DNA from: an uncultured Gemmatimonadaceae bacterium
GTDB lineage: Bacteria; Gemmatimonadota; Gemmatimonadetes; Gemmatimonadales; Gemmatimonadaceae
Reading direction: 5' to 3'
Assembly (NCBI GenBank): GCA_964616815.1
Contig: CAZTTY010000009.1
Coordinates: 23,735 to 55,734 of the forward strand
Length of the DNA stretch: 32,000 nt
The position numbers and the translations under genes were made by a program. Below are positions 17,511 through 27,059 of the stretch, in pieces. Position 1 is the stretch's first letter. Each line of letters starts with the position of its first letter. The notes beneath the pieces are model-generated. The model had not been told where the DNA came from and did not search any database. It saw nothing but the letters and a program-made list of their open reading frames with translations.

Positions 17511-17892
17511 CTCGCCCGGCAACAGGCGAACAGACATCCGTGGGTAAGTCGCGGTCATCATCGCCCTGACCGCGCGCCGATGTACGGCACGCGTTCTCGA
17601 GCAGCTCCCTCATACCGTCGACGGACCCCGGCAACGTTCGAGGCGGATGGACGACGCCGTGTGACCGAAGTCCACATCCAAGCCACCCACGCCGCCCCGC
17701 ATTTGAAGCAGACCGGCCGCCGAGCGAGATTCCCCCGGTGATGGCCGCGCGTGGCAGCGGGATCGGCCGCCGGGATCATCCGATCCCGGCGCCACGACCC
17801 GCGACCCGCCGGCGCCGGACGCCGGCGAACGCTGTACCGGCCGAACGAATCGGCCCGTCAATCGATAACGGCCCACGTGGAGAGAGCCGCAG

Positions 17893-18411
17893 ATGCAACT
17901 GATCAGCGAAGCGATGAACGCAAAGATGAACGAGCAGGTGGGGCACGAGATGGGCGCTTCGATGCGCTACGTCAACATGGCGGCGTACTTCGAGAACGCC
18001 GGCCTCCCCGTATTGGCGAAGCACTTCATGCGCCAGGCGGACGAGGAGCGGCAGCACGCCATGAAGTTCGTACGCTACATCATGGATGCCGATGGGGCGG
18101 TGCGGATCCCGGCCATCCCGGCACCGGAGTATGAGTTCGCGAGCGCGGAGCACGCGGTCTCCACCGCGCTGGAGTGGGAGTTCACGGTCACGCGCCAGAT
18201 CAACGAACTGCTCGAGCTCGCGACGCGGGAGCACGACTATCTCGCGCACGACTTCCTGGAGTGGTTTGCGCGGGAGCAGCTCGAGGAATGCTCCAGCATG
18301 GATACTCTGCGGAAGATGGTCAAGCGTACCGGCGAGGCGGGACTCATGCTGGTGGAGAACGCCATCGCTTCCGGGCAGGCGCTCGGTACGGAGCCAGCCG
18401 CTGAATCATGA
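17893..18411 (+). CDS. Ferritin (non-haem, Ftn-type)
   Basis: 172 aa. Contains MNEQVGHEMGASMRYVNMAAYFENAGLPVLAKHFMRQADEERQHAMKFVRYI...ALEWEFTVTRQINELLELA...DFLEWFAREQLEE, with the ferroxidase-centre E/ExxH pattern. Confidence 0.9.
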   Translation: MQLISEAMNAKMNEQVGHEMGASMRYVNMAAYFENAGLPVLAKHFMRQADEERQHAMKFVRYIMDADGAVRIPAIPAPEYEFASAEHAVSTALEWEFTVTRQINELLELATREHDYLAHDFLEWFAREQLEECSSMDTLRKMVKRTGEAGLMLVENAIASGQALGTEPAAES

Positions 18412-18424
18412 ATGGAGATAGGCG

Positions 18425-18444
18425 CGCGCGGCTCCGGCCGCGCG
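18425..18444. terminator. GC-rich hairpin between convergent ferritin and abiEii genes (possible terminator)
   Basis: CGCGCGGC (18425-18432), loop TCCG, GCCGCGCG (18437-18444). The 8-bp stem has no clean U-tract on either side, so confidence is modest. Confidence 0.4.
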
Positions 18445-18490
18445 GTGTCGATTGTCTATCCGGCGCTCCGATATCTCCATCCATGACACA

Positions 18491-19417
18491 CTACTCTACA
18501 CTCGCGATCCGCCGCACGTACTCCACCACATACGCGGCGATGTCGGTCGCCGAGTGCTGATCCAGTCCCATCTCCATCGCTCGCTGCTCCATGGGCTCGA
18601 CCCAGTGCGGGTGTACAATGATTTCTGGAGGCCAGCGCTGTTGCTGGCGAACGTCGAAAGTCTCCTCGCAGACCGACCGTAGTGCGGCCGATGGCGGTGC
18701 CAGAGTGCTGAGCATCACTATATCCAGGAGATCGCGGAACCGGTCATTGATCCGTTCCTCAGCCGGCGTCTCGGTGACGGCGTGAAGCTTCTGTGCGACC
18801 TGCTTGATGATCGGGATGCATGGCAGAAGCGCGGGTCCTTCGATCCCGAACGGACGAAGCGAGAAGGCTCGGACCATCTCGGGTGCCAGCGGCGTTCCCT
18901 CGTAGGCAGATACCTCGAGCTTCACATTGGCGAACGGCCGCTCGACGATGCGACCGAATCGCTCTTCCTGGTAAGAGACGTGGATCCTGAACCTGCGCAT
19001 ATGGCGAGCGTCGGGGGTCTCCAGCTCCATGCGGAGTGCGAAGTTGTGGCGTGGCACTTCGAGCGCGGTACGGACGGCCGTCTCGATATCGTCCAGTGCG
19101 CCATGGTACGTTGCGTCGAGGTCCCTGGTCGCTCGTGGACGGATTGTAGTCTGCCCGGCCGTCGTACGTTGAGCATCGGCGCGCTCCAGTTGCCGCATGC
19201 GCATCTCGATCGCAGCACCACCTTTCAACTCGAACAGCGATTTACCGTCCGGCGCATAGCTCGCCAGCGCGTCTGCCACGATGGTGAATCCGACCCAGCG
19301 TTGCACCCAGTCGGTCTCGATCCCGAGCTCTTTCCCACACCGTGTGATCGCTTGCGCGAGAGCGCTCGCCGTCTGGGGCGGCAGGTTCTTCAGCAGGGGG
19401 CCGAGTTCGTCGAGCAT
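18491..19417 (-). CDS. abiEii: AbiEii/AbiGii-family nucleotidyltransferase toxin (type IV TA)
   Basis: 308 aa. Contains LFELKGGAAIEMR...RATRDLDATY, which matches the KGG(T)A...R-x-T-x-D-L-D nucleotidyltransferase core of DUF1814/AbiEii proteins. It lies directly downstream of an AbiEi-like gene. Confidence 0.8.
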   Translation of the reverse strand: MLDELGPLLKNLPPQTASALAQAITRCGKELGIETDWVQRWVGFTIVADALASYAPDGKSLFELKGGAAIEMRMRQLERADAQRTTAGQTTIRPRATRDLDATYHGALDDIETAVRTALEVPRHNFALRMELETPDARHMRRFRIHVSYQEERFGRIVERPFANVKLEVSAYEGTPLAPEMVRAFSLRPFGIEGPALLPCIPIIKQVAQKLHAVTETPAEERINDRFRDLLDIVMLSTLAPPSAALRSVCEETFDVRQQQRWPPEIIVHPHWVEPMEQRAMEMGLDQHSATDIAAYVVEYVRRIASVE

Positions 19418-19453
19418 GTCCGAACGGTCGGTTGCGAGGGATCGAAGATTCTT

Positions 19454-20032
19454 CTAAAGCTTCCCTGCCAAGTTGAGCTCTCCCGTCAGCGCATCGGCAT
19501 CGGTGGGCGAAAGCCACCCACCTCGGCGTGCGTCGTCGATCGCCTGGTGGATGAGCGCCGGCCCCATGTTAGCCATCGCACAGTCACGGATCGCCCTGTC
19601 GGCGGTCGTGACCGGGAGGCCCTCGACTGACCCTACGTCCGCAGGTGCGAGGTCGGCAAAGTGCAATACGACCCCTGGCGGCGGGTTGCGCCGGCGAGGG
19701 CGGTGCTTCCTCGGCACCGTAACGTGGATCCTGGTCGGGTTCACGTCTGACAGCTCCATCAGGTCGAGTGCGGTCTCGTGGGACAGCACGCCGGTCGTCC
19801 CCTGTGGCCACATCACGGCGGTGGCATAGGAAGTCCACCGGGTGGTTGGCGCGCCCGGGTCGTGGTACAATCCATAAGCGATCCGAACGAGACGCCCGCG
19901 CCGAGCCATCATGACCAGCGCGGTCGTCTTCACGCCAGCGGCCCGAGCTTGCTCGGCGGTAAATACTCCGTGTTGCTCGAGCGCCAGAGCATGCACGGTG
20001 GCATAGGCGTCGTAAGTGCCGTGATCTGGCAT
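19454..20032 (-). CDS. abiEi: AbiEi-family antitoxin / transcriptional autoregulator
   Basis: Track ORF 19454..20158 trimmed to ATG 20032, because the upstream 42 codons are just the translated palindromes. N-terminal wHTH-like HGVFTAEQARAAGVKTTALVMMARRGRLVRIAYGLYH. C-terminal domain VLSHETALDLMELSDVNPTRIHVTVP...LPVTTADRAIRDC. Confidence 0.8.
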   Translation of the reverse strand: MPDHGTYDAYATVHALALEQHGVFTAEQARAAGVKTTALVMMARRGRLVRIAYGLYHDPGAPTTRWTSYATAVMWPQGTTGVLSHETALDLMELSDVNPTRIHVTVPRKHRPRRRNPPPGVVLHFADLAPADVGSVEGLPVTTADRAIRDCAMANMGPALIHQAIDDARRGGWLSPTDADALTGELNLAGKL

Positions 20033-20044
20033 TGCGGGGTCCGT

Positions 20045-20077
20045 GGACAAGATATAATGACTTGTTATATCTTGTCC
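20045..20077. promoter_or_regulatory. 33-bp perfect palindrome (proximal to abiEi): likely AbiEi operator
   Basis: GGACAAGATATAA-TGACTTG-TTATATCTTGTCC, with 13-bp perfect arms. It lies 12 nt upstream of the abiEi ATG and contains TATAAT on the + strand (20053-20058). Confidence 0.6.
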
Positions 20078-20097
20078 GTTACCATCGCTCCTGTCAA
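20069..20097 (-). promoter_or_regulatory. Candidate abiE promoter: perfect -35 TTGACA (20097-20092), 17 nt, weak -10 CAAGAT (20074-20069)
   Basis: Read on the minus strand between the two palindromes. The putative -10 lies inside the palindrome at 20045-20077, which fits autorepression. The -10 assignment is weak. Confidence 0.4.
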
Positions 20098-20107
20098 GAG
20101 TTGATGG

Positions 20108-20140
20108 GGACAAGATATAACGACTTGTTATATCTTGTCC
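20108..20140. promoter_or_regulatory. Second copy of the 33-bp palindrome (proximal to jetA): likely AbiEi operator
   Basis: GGACAAGATATAA-CGACTTG-TTATATCTTGTCC. It matches the first copy at 32 of 33 nt. The centres are 63 bp apart. Each copy is followed by ACC(C)ATCGCTC. It ends 81 nt upstream of the jetA ATG. Confidence 0.6.
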
Positions 20141-20221
20141 GGATGACCCATCGCTCACGCATCGTCAACCCAACGCTTGCAGTGCCCAGATGAACTCCCC
20201 CGCCGCCCACCTGACCGATCC

Positions 20222-21706
20222 ATGGACTACCACACGCTCGATCACCTCCGACGCGACCACCCCGCCTGGCGGCTCCTCGCCGCGCAGCACGCGCCGCTGA
20301 TCGTGAGTGTCCTCCACCGCCACTTCGTCGATCCCAACGTCCGCACCATGCCGCGCAATGAGCTCGTCGAGCACGTGGAGGATGACCTCTTCCACCTCCG
20401 CGAAGAGCTCGGCGACGATGTGTTCCCCCGCTCCGCCGCGAACTATCTGGACGAGTGGGCCTCAGACGATAAAGGATGGCTCCGCAAGTACTACCCGGCC
20501 GGCACCGACGAACCGCACTACGACATCACCCCCGCCACCGAGAAGGTCATCGGCTGGCTCGCCGGGCTCCAGGAACGCCACTTCATCGGCACGGAGTCGC
20601 GATTGCTCACGGTCTTCGAGCTCCTCCGGCAGATGCTGGAAGGCACCGAGCTCGACCCCGATGCGCGCATCGCCGAGCTCGAAAGGCGCCGCGCGGAGAT
20701 CGACGCCGAGATCGGGAAGATCCGCGGCGGCCAGCTCGACATCATGGACGCCACGCAGGTAAAGGAACGCTTTCTCCAGATGTCGGCGACCGCGCGCGGG
20801 CTGTTGGCGGACTTCCGCGACGTGGAGCAGAACTTCCGCGAGCTCGACCGGAGCGTCCGCGAGCGGATCGCCGTGTGGGATGAAAGTCGCGGTGCGCTCC
20901 TGGATTCGATCTTCGACGAGCGCGATGCGATCGAAAACTCGGATCAGGGTAAGAGCTTCAACGCCTTCTGGGACTTTCTCATGTCGCCGGAGCGGCAGGA
21001 GGAGCTCACTTCGCTGTTGCGCTCCGTGATGGATCTCGATGCGGTGCGCTCCCTCTCGCCACCGCCCGATCCGCGCCTGTCACGGATCCATTACGACTGG
21101 CTGGAAGCGGGCGAGGTCGCGCAGCGCACTGTCGCCCGGCTCTCGCGGCAGTTGCGCCGCTACCTCGACGACCAGGCGTGGCTGGAGAACCGCCGCATCA
21201 TGCAACTGATCCGCTCCGTCGAGCAGCACGCGCTCGCCATTCGACACGATTTCCCGGCCGGCCCCGCCATGGAGATCGACCAGGCCGCGCCGGACATCGA
21301 CCTCCCAATGGAACGCCCGCTCTTCTCCCCATCGTTCAAGCCGGTGCTCGGTGGCGACGTGGTGCTCGCGGGTGACGAAGACATCCCCGCCGATGCGCTT
21401 TTCGATCAGATTTACGTGGACCGCGAGAAGCTCCGCTCCAACGTGCGACGCATGCTCCAGAACCGCCGCCAGATCTCGCTGATGGATGTGATAGACGAGT
21501 GCCCGCTCGAGCATGGGCTCGCGGAGCTCGTGGGCTACCTGAGCATCGCCGCCGACGATGGCAACGCGTCGATCGACGAAGAACGGAGAGAGTCCGTCGC
21601 ATGGACGGACGACGCGGGCGTCAGCCGGCGAGCAGAGCTCCCGCGCGTGCTGTTCGTGCGATCCGCGGAAGGTCTGGTGGATCCCGCCGACGCAATGACT
21701 TCGTGA
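20222..21706 (+). CDS. jetA: Wadjet JetA (DUF3375, MksF/kleisin-like)
   Basis: Track ORF trimmed to the first ATG at 20222. Contains MDYHTLDHLRRDHPAWRLLAAQHAPLIVSVLHRHF...YLDEWASDDKGWLRKYYPAGTDEPHYDITPATEKVIGWL...GTESRLLTVFELLRQM, then a coiled-coil segment and QGKSFNAFWDFLMSPERQEEL. This is characteristic of DUF3375. Confidence 0.9.
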   Translation: MDYHTLDHLRRDHPAWRLLAAQHAPLIVSVLHRHFVDPNVRTMPRNELVEHVEDDLFHLREELGDDVFPRSAANYLDEWASDDKGWLRKYYPAGTDEPHYDITPATEKVIGWLAGLQERHFIGTESRLLTVFELLRQMLEGTELDPDARIAELERRRAEIDAEIGKIRGGQLDIMDATQVKERFLQMSATARGLLADFRDVEQNFRELDRSVRERIAVWDESRGALLDSIFDERDAIENSDQGKSFNAFWDFLMSPERQEELTSLLRSVMDLDAVRSLSPPPDPRLSRIHYDWLEAGEVAQRTVARLSRQLRRYLDDQAWLENRRIMQLIRSVEQHALAIRHDFPAGPAMEIDQAAPDIDLPMERPLFSPSFKPVLGGDVVLAGDEDIPADALFDQIYVDREKLRSNVRRMLQNRRQISLMDVIDECPLEHGLAELVGYLSIAADDGNASIDEERRESVAWTDDAGVSRRAELPRVLFVRSAEGLVDPADAMTS

Positions 21707-22296
21707 CGGCCCCCGACCAGCTCCCCCGCGTCCTCATCGCCCTCATGAAGGGAGTGGTCTACCGGGAGAACGATGCCGCTCTCTGGCAGTCGCTCGAGTC
21801 GCTGCAGGCGCGTGCCCACGACTACGTGTCGCTGCTCGGCCTGGAACTCATCCTTGATGAGAGCGAGGGTTACGCGTACCTGCGGCAGCGTATGGTCGAT
21901 GTCGGTTCCGAAGATGGTGAAGACGTCGATCTTCCCCGGCTCGTCGCGCGTCGCCAGCTCGGCTTTCCGGTCAGTCTACTGCTGGCGCTTCTGCGCAAAC
22001 GCCTCGCCGAGCTGGATGCGAAGGGCGGTGAGACGCGGCTCATCGTGAGCCGCGACGACATGGTCGACATGCTGCGCCTCTTCGCCCCGGATGCATCGAA
22101 CGAAGCGCGCCTCACCGACCGCATCGATGCACACATCGCGAAGGTGGTGGAGCTCGGTTTCCTGCGCCTCCTGGCTGGCCACGCCGATCTGTACGAGGTG
22201 CGCCGTATACTGAAGGCGTTCGTGGATGCGCAATGGCTGCACGATTTCGACGAGCGCCTGTCGGCGTACCGCGAGCACGTCGATGCGCGCGCCTGA
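21703..22296 (+). CDS. jetB: Wadjet JetB (DUF4194, MksE-like)
   Basis: The GTG at 21703 overlaps the jetA stop (GTGA). Contains [57 protein letters not shown]...[25 protein letters not shown]...[16 protein letters not shown]. Confidence 0.85.
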   Translation: MTAPDQLPRVLIALMKGVVYRENDAALWQSLESLQARAHDYVSLLGLELILDESEGYAYLRQRMVDVGSEDGEDVDLPRLVARRQLGFPVSLLLALLRKRLAELDAKGGETRLIVSRDDMVDMLRLFAPDASNEARLTDRIDAHIAKVVELGFLRLLAGHADLYEVRRILKAFVDAQWLHDFDERLSAYREHVDARA

Positions 22297-25200
22297 CGAT
22301 CGGGCGGCGGCGGGTTCCGCGGCAGCCTCGAACACGCCGCCAGCGACGGACATCGTGCACGGACGGCGCAATCCTCGTCCCGGCTTCCGGCTCGACCGAC
22401 TCGAGGTCTACAACTGGGGCACGCTCGATGGATCGGTGTGGGGGCTCGACTGCAGCGGTGAGAACGCGCTCCTCACGGGCGACATCGGTTCCGGGAAGTC
22501 CACGCTGGTGGACGCGATCAGCACACTGCTGATCGCGCCCGGGAAGATCACCTACAACCGCGCGGCCGGCGCGGAGGCGCGCGAGCGCACGCTCCGCACC
22601 TACGTTCTGGGCCACTACAAGTCCGAACGCGGCGGCGGTTCCGCGGCGAAGCCGATCGCGCTGCGGGATCACAACAAGTATTCGGTTATACTGGGACGTT
22701 TCATCAACGAGCAGCTCGCTCAGCAGGTTACGCTCGTCGAGCTGTTCTGGTGGAAGGATACACAGGGCCAACCCGCGCGCTTCTACGTGGTCGCCGACGT
22801 TCCGCTCTCGATCGCTGAGCACTTTTCGAACTTCGGCAAGCACATCGACCGCCTGCGCAAACGGCTCCGCGAGATGGATGGAGTCGAGCTCCACGACAGC
22901 TTCCCGCCGTACGGCGCGGCGTATCGCCGCCGAATGGGGATCGAGAGCGAACAGGCGATGGACCTGTTCTACCAGACCGTGTCGATGAAGGCGGTGGGAA
23001 ATCTCACCGAGTTCGTGCGCGCGCACATGCTCGAGCCTTTCGACGTGCAGGAGCGGATCCAGGCCCTCATCGGCCACTTCGATGATCTCACGCGCGCGCA
23101 CGAGGCGGTGCAGAAGGCGAAGGCGCAGATCGAGCTCCTCGCCCCGCTGGTGGAGAATTGCGAGCGGCACTCGGCTCTGGTGGCGAGTGTGGAGTCGCTG
23201 CGAGGGTCGCGGGACGCGCTGACGCCTTGGTTCGCGATGCTCGAGGGCGGGCTGCTCGATGAGCGGATCGCGAAGCTGCAGGCCGATGCCCTGCGCATGG
23301 AGGAGCGCCTTGCAACGCTCGCCACGAAGATCAACGATGCGAGCGCGAAGTGCGCGTCGCTCGAGGCAGCCGTCAAACTGGAAGGCGGCGGACGCATAGC
23401 CGAGATCCAGCGCGAGATCGCCATGCACGTGGCTGAGCGGGATGCTCGCACCAGCAAGGCGGAGAGCTACCGTGCCCTCGTGCGTGCCGCGGAGCTTCCC
23501 ACGACATTGGACGCGGAGACGTTCATCGCCAACAGGAATGCGATTGCGGAGGAGAGTGAAGCGACGGAGATGGCGCAGGCCTCGGTACAGAACGCTCTCA
23601 CCGAGGCGAGCGTGGAGATGCGCGATCTGGAGGAGCGACACAGGGCGCTCGCGAGCGAACTGGAGTCGCTCCGGCGGCGCCGCTCGAACATCCCCACTCA
23701 CATGCTGGGGATACGCGAGCGGCTGTGCGCCGCATTGGGCCTCGAAGAGAGTGTGGTCCCGTTTGCGGGCGAGCTGATTCAGGTGCGGGAAGACGCTCGC
23801 GACTGGGAGGGCGCGATCGAGCGTCTGCTCCATGGCTTTGGGCTCTCGCTTCTCGTGAGCGATGCCGATTACGCGGCCGTGGCGGAGTGGGTGGACCGCA
23901 ACGACCTGAAGGGCAGGCTGGTCTACTATCGGACGGCCGGCGGGGCTCAGCGCGGGAGATCTCGAGTCGATCCACGCTCGGTGGGCGCCCAACTCCAGCT
24001 CGAACCGTCATCGCCATTCTATCAATGGCTCGACGATACGATCAGTCGGCGCTTCGATCATCTCTGCTGTATGTCTTCCGAAGAGCTGAGGCGCGCTTCG
24101 CGCGGCATCACGCGTGCGGGGCAGATCAAGGAAGGACCCGAACGCCACGAGAAGGACGACCGCCACGCGATCGGCGACCGCACGCGCTGGGTGCTGGGGT
24201 GGTCCAACGAGAGAAAGATCGCCGCGCTCGAGAAGCAGGCGGCGGATGTCGCCCTGCGGGGCAACGCCGCGCTCGGCCGGCTCACCGGGCTGAAGGATGA
24301 GCAGCGCGCCGTGGGTGAGCGGAAGCGCACGCTCGACCAGCTCTCGATGTTCGTCAGCTTCCGCGAGGTAGACTGGAAGAGCGTGGCGGTGGAGATCGAT
24401 GAACTCGAGCGGGAGCTGCGCGAGCTCGAGGCGGCGTCCGATCGGCTCCACGCGCTTCGCGAGCAACTGCGCGCGGCGGAGGATGTGCTGAGCCGGCTGA
24501 AAGACGAGCGCGAGACTCGCATCGATAAGCGAGGTGCGTTGCGCGGCACGCTGGAAGCCGCTCGGGGAGAACGCGCCAGGTGCGCCGATACGCTCGCCAC
24601 CACCTCCGAAGAAGAGCGCGCCGAGCGATTTCCCAGACTGGAGGCGCTGCGGGCGGACGCCATCGGTACGGCGGCGATCACCCTGGAATCGTGCGATGCG
24701 CGCGAGCGCGAGATGCGCTCGTGGATCCAGAACCGGATCGATACAGACGAGCGCCGGCGCGGACATCTCGGCGAGCGAATCGTGAGTGAAATGCAGAAGT
24801 ACATCGCCGCCTACCCGCTCGAGACGCGCGAAGTGGATGCCACCGTCGACTCGGCGGGTGAATTCGCGGCGATGCTCGAACGGCTGCGCTCGGACGATCT
24901 GCCGCGGTTCGAGGTGAGGTTCAAGGAGCTTCTGAACCAGAACACCATCCGGGAGATCGCCAACTTCCAGTCGCAACTCGCGCGCGAGAGCAGGACCATC
25001 GCCGAACGGATCGAGCGCATCAACCAGTCGCTGAACGACATCGACTACAATCCCGGCCGTTTCATATTGCTCGAAACGGAAGTGAGCACCGACCGGGAGG
25101 TACGCGACTTCCAGCAGGAGCTGCGGTCATGCACGGAGGGAGCGCTGACCGGTTCGGAAGACGACGCGTACTCGGAAACGAAGTTCGAGCAGGTGAAGCG

Positions 25201-25756
25201 GATCATCGACCGCTTTCGCGGCCGCGAGGGGAGCGCGGAGGTCGACAAGCGCTGGACGCGCACCGTCACCGACGTGCGCAACTGGTACGTCTTTTCCGCC
25301 TCGGAGCGCTGGCGTGAGGATGGGAGCGAATACGAGCACTACACCGACTCCGGTGGGAAATCCGGCGGGCAGAAGGAGAAGCTCGCCTACACCGTGCTCG
25401 CGGCGAGTCTGGCGTACCAGTTCGGACTCGACGCCGTGGCGGGGAAGGCGCGCACGTTCAGATTCGTGGTGATCGACGAAGCGTTCGGCAGGGGGTCGGA
25501 CGAGTCGGCGCGCTACGGTCTGGAGCTCTTCCGGAAGCTGGAGCTGCAGCTTCTGGTGGTGACGCCGCTGCAGAAGATTCACATCATCGAGCCGTACGTC
25601 GCGGCGGTGGGTTTCGTGTACAACCCCGACGGGAACGCCTCGATGTTGCGGAATCTCACGATCGAGGAATACAGGAAGGAGCAGGCAGCCGCGAGCGCCG
25701 ATGGCCGAAGGAATGGTGGCCGGTCGGCCGGAGGCCGAGGGGATGGGGCGGAGTAG
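22283..25756 (+). CDS. jetC: Wadjet JetC (MksB/SMC-like ATPase)
   Basis: The ATG at 22283 overlaps jetB by 14 nt. Contains [16 protein letters not shown] and Walker [10 protein letters not shown], long coiled-coil arms, the signature-like [23 protein letters not shown], and Walker [18 protein letters not shown]. Confidence 0.9.
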   Translation: MRAPDDRAAAGSAAASNTPPATDIVHGRRNPRPGFRLDRLEVYNWGTLDGSVWGLDCSGENALLTGDIGSGKSTLVDAISTLLIAPGKITYNRAAGAEARERTLRTYVLGHYKSERGGGSAAKPIALRDHNKYSVILGRFINEQLAQQVTLVELFWWKDTQGQPARFYVVADVPLSIAEHFSNFGKHIDRLRKRLREMDGVELHDSFPPYGAAYRRRMGIESEQAMDLFYQTVSMKAVGNLTEFVRAHMLEPFDVQERIQALIGHFDDLTRAHEAVQKAKAQIELLAPLVENCERHSALVASVESLRGSRDALTPWFAMLEGGLLDERIAKLQADALRMEERLATLATKINDASAKCASLEAAVKLEGGGRIAEIQREIAMHVAERDARTSKAESYRALVRAAELPTTLDAETFIANRNAIAEESEATEMAQASVQNALTEASVEMRDLEERHRALASELESLRRRRSNIPTHMLGIRERLCAALGLEESVVPFAGELIQVREDARDWEGAIERLLHGFGLSLLVSDADYAAVAEWVDRNDLKGRLVYYRTAGGAQRGRSRVDPRSVGAQLQLEPSSPFYQWLDDTISRRFDHLCCMSSEELRRASRGITRAGQIKEGPERHEKDDRHAIGDRTRWVLGWSNERKIAALEKQAADVALRGNAALGRLTGLKDEQRAVGERKRTLDQLSMFVSFREVDWKSVAVEIDELERELRELEAASDRLHALREQLRAAEDVLSRLKDERETRIDKRGALRGTLEAARGERARCADTLATTSEEERAERFPRLEALRADAIGTAAITLESCDAREREMRSWIQNRIDTDERRRGHLGERIVSEMQKYIAAYPLETREVDATVDSAGEFAAMLERLRSDDLPRFEVRFKELLNQNTIREIANFQSQLARESRTIAERIERINQSLNDIDYNPGRFILLETEVSTDREVRDFQQELRSCTEGALTGSEDDAYSETKFEQVKRIIDRFRGREGSAEVDKRWTRTVTDVRNWYVFSASERWREDGSEYEHYTDSGGKSGGQKEKLAYTVLAASLAYQFGLDAVAGKARTFRFVVIDEAFGRGSDESARYGLELFRKLELQLLVVTPLQKIHIIEPYVAAVGFVYNPDGNASMLRNLTIEEYRKEQAAASADGRRNGGRSAGGRGDGAE

Positions 25757-26953
25757 ATGAACGACTGGGTCGGACCGGCAGAGCTGACGTCGCAGCTCGA
25801 GAGACATTGGGCCCGGGGCCGAATCCTGAGGGCCATGGTGGACGGAGCATCGATATTTCCACTGCGCCTGCGGCTTCGCGGGCCGACGCGCTCCGACCTG
25901 GCCGATCGGTTCGACGAAGTGCGAAAGTGGATCGGCGAGCTGGAGGGGAGCAGCAAGAGCGCGCGCGGCTACGGGTACGATCTGGAATGGACGGAGAGCC
26001 GGCACAGGCAGTTGGGACGCAATCGGTGGCCATCCGGCGCGATCGTGTCGACCGAGGACGATGCGCTGCGTCTCATCGGGAAGCGGCGCGATGCGGCGCG
26101 CTTCAGGGAGATCATCGCGGCCACGACGGCGAGCTTCCCGGAACTGCGTGAGTGGCTGTCGCGCTATCCGTTGATCGCGCTGGAGTGCGCCGATGACTGG
26201 AGCCGGATACTCGCCGTGCTCACCTGGTTCAGGGAGCATCCGCGTAGCGGCCTCTATCTGCGGCAGCTCGACATCCCCGGCGTGGACACGAAGTTCATCG
26301 AGGACCGTCGCGGTCTCATCGCTACGCTGCTCGATCGGATACTTCCCCCGGAGTCCATCGATGCGACGGCCGTGGGGGCTCGCGGATTCGAGGTGCGCTA
26401 CGGCCTGCGATGCAAACCGGCGTTGGTGCGCTTTCGAATACTGGACCGCCGACTGCGTCTGCACGGCCTGTCCGACATCACCGTACCTGTGGAGGAGCTC
26501 GCGGAGCTCCGGTTGGGTGCGCGGCGAGCGTTCGTCACGGAAAACGAGATCAATGGACTGGCGTTTCCGGAGCTACCCGGCAGCATCGTCATCTTCGGCA
26601 TGGGCTACAGGGCGGAACTGCTCGCGGGTGTCGGGTGGCTCAACGATATCGACATCCATTACTGGGGCGACATCGACACGCACGGGTTCGGGATACTGGA
26701 CCGGCTGCGAGGTGGGATCCCACACGCTCGATCGTTCCTGATGGATCGAGCTACGCTACTCGCGCATCGCGAGCTCTGGGTGACCGAGGAGAGCGGCGAG
26801 ACGAGGGAGTTGAACCGTCTCACCAACGCGGAGCGAGTGTTGTACGACGAGCTACGGGGCGATCGATACGGTCGGAAAGTCCGGTTGGAGCAGGAACGGA
26901 TCTGGTTCGCCTGGGTGAAGCGGGCATTGCAGGAACTCGGCGTAGTGGAATGA
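25757..26953 (+). CDS. jetD: Wadjet JetD (DUF3322 plus DUF2220/Toprim-like nuclease subunit)
   Basis: The ATG immediately follows the jetC TAG. Contains ...ILRAMVDGASIFPLRLRLRGPTRSDLADRFDEVRKWI... and the C-terminal Toprim-like FVTENEINGLAFPE...IVIFGMGY...IHYWGDIDTHGFGILDRLR. Confidence 0.9.
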   Translation: MNDWVGPAELTSQLERHWARGRILRAMVDGASIFPLRLRLRGPTRSDLADRFDEVRKWIGELEGSSKSARGYGYDLEWTESRHRQLGRNRWPSGAIVSTEDDALRLIGKRRDAARFREIIAATTASFPELREWLSRYPLIALECADDWSRILAVLTWFREHPRSGLYLRQLDIPGVDTKFIEDRRGLIATLLDRILPPESIDATAVGARGFEVRYGLRCKPALVRFRILDRRLRLHGLSDITVPVEELAELRLGARRAFVTENEINGLAFPELPGSIVIFGMGYRAELLAGVGWLNDIDIHYWGDIDTHGFGILDRLRGGIPHARSFLMDRATLLAHRELWVTEESGETRELNRLTNAERVLYDELRGDRYGRKVRLEQERIWFAWVKRALQELGVVE

Positions 26954-27059
26954 ACGCTCCGTGAGCGCATGGCCGCCCGCCCCTACGGTTCGCGGTGAGG
27001 CTGGACGCGGTGGAGCGACGGGGTCAGGTCTTTAGCTCGACTTTGGCCATTTCAGGCGG

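Noticed and set aside
20033-20158. N-terminal extension of AbiEi containing the repeated peptide GQDITS(R/H)YILS
   Set aside because: The repeated peptide is simply the translation of the two 33-bp DNA palindromes. The internal ATG at 20032 gives an AbiEi of normal architecture, so the repeats are treated as operators.
22112-23992. 626-aa minus-strand ORF, together with the 322-aa ORF at 24008..24976 and the 445-aa ORF at 25127..26464
   Set aside because: They are antisense to jetC and jetD, which carry clear Walker and Toprim motifs. The antisense translations are Arg/Leu/Pro-rich with no recognisable motifs.
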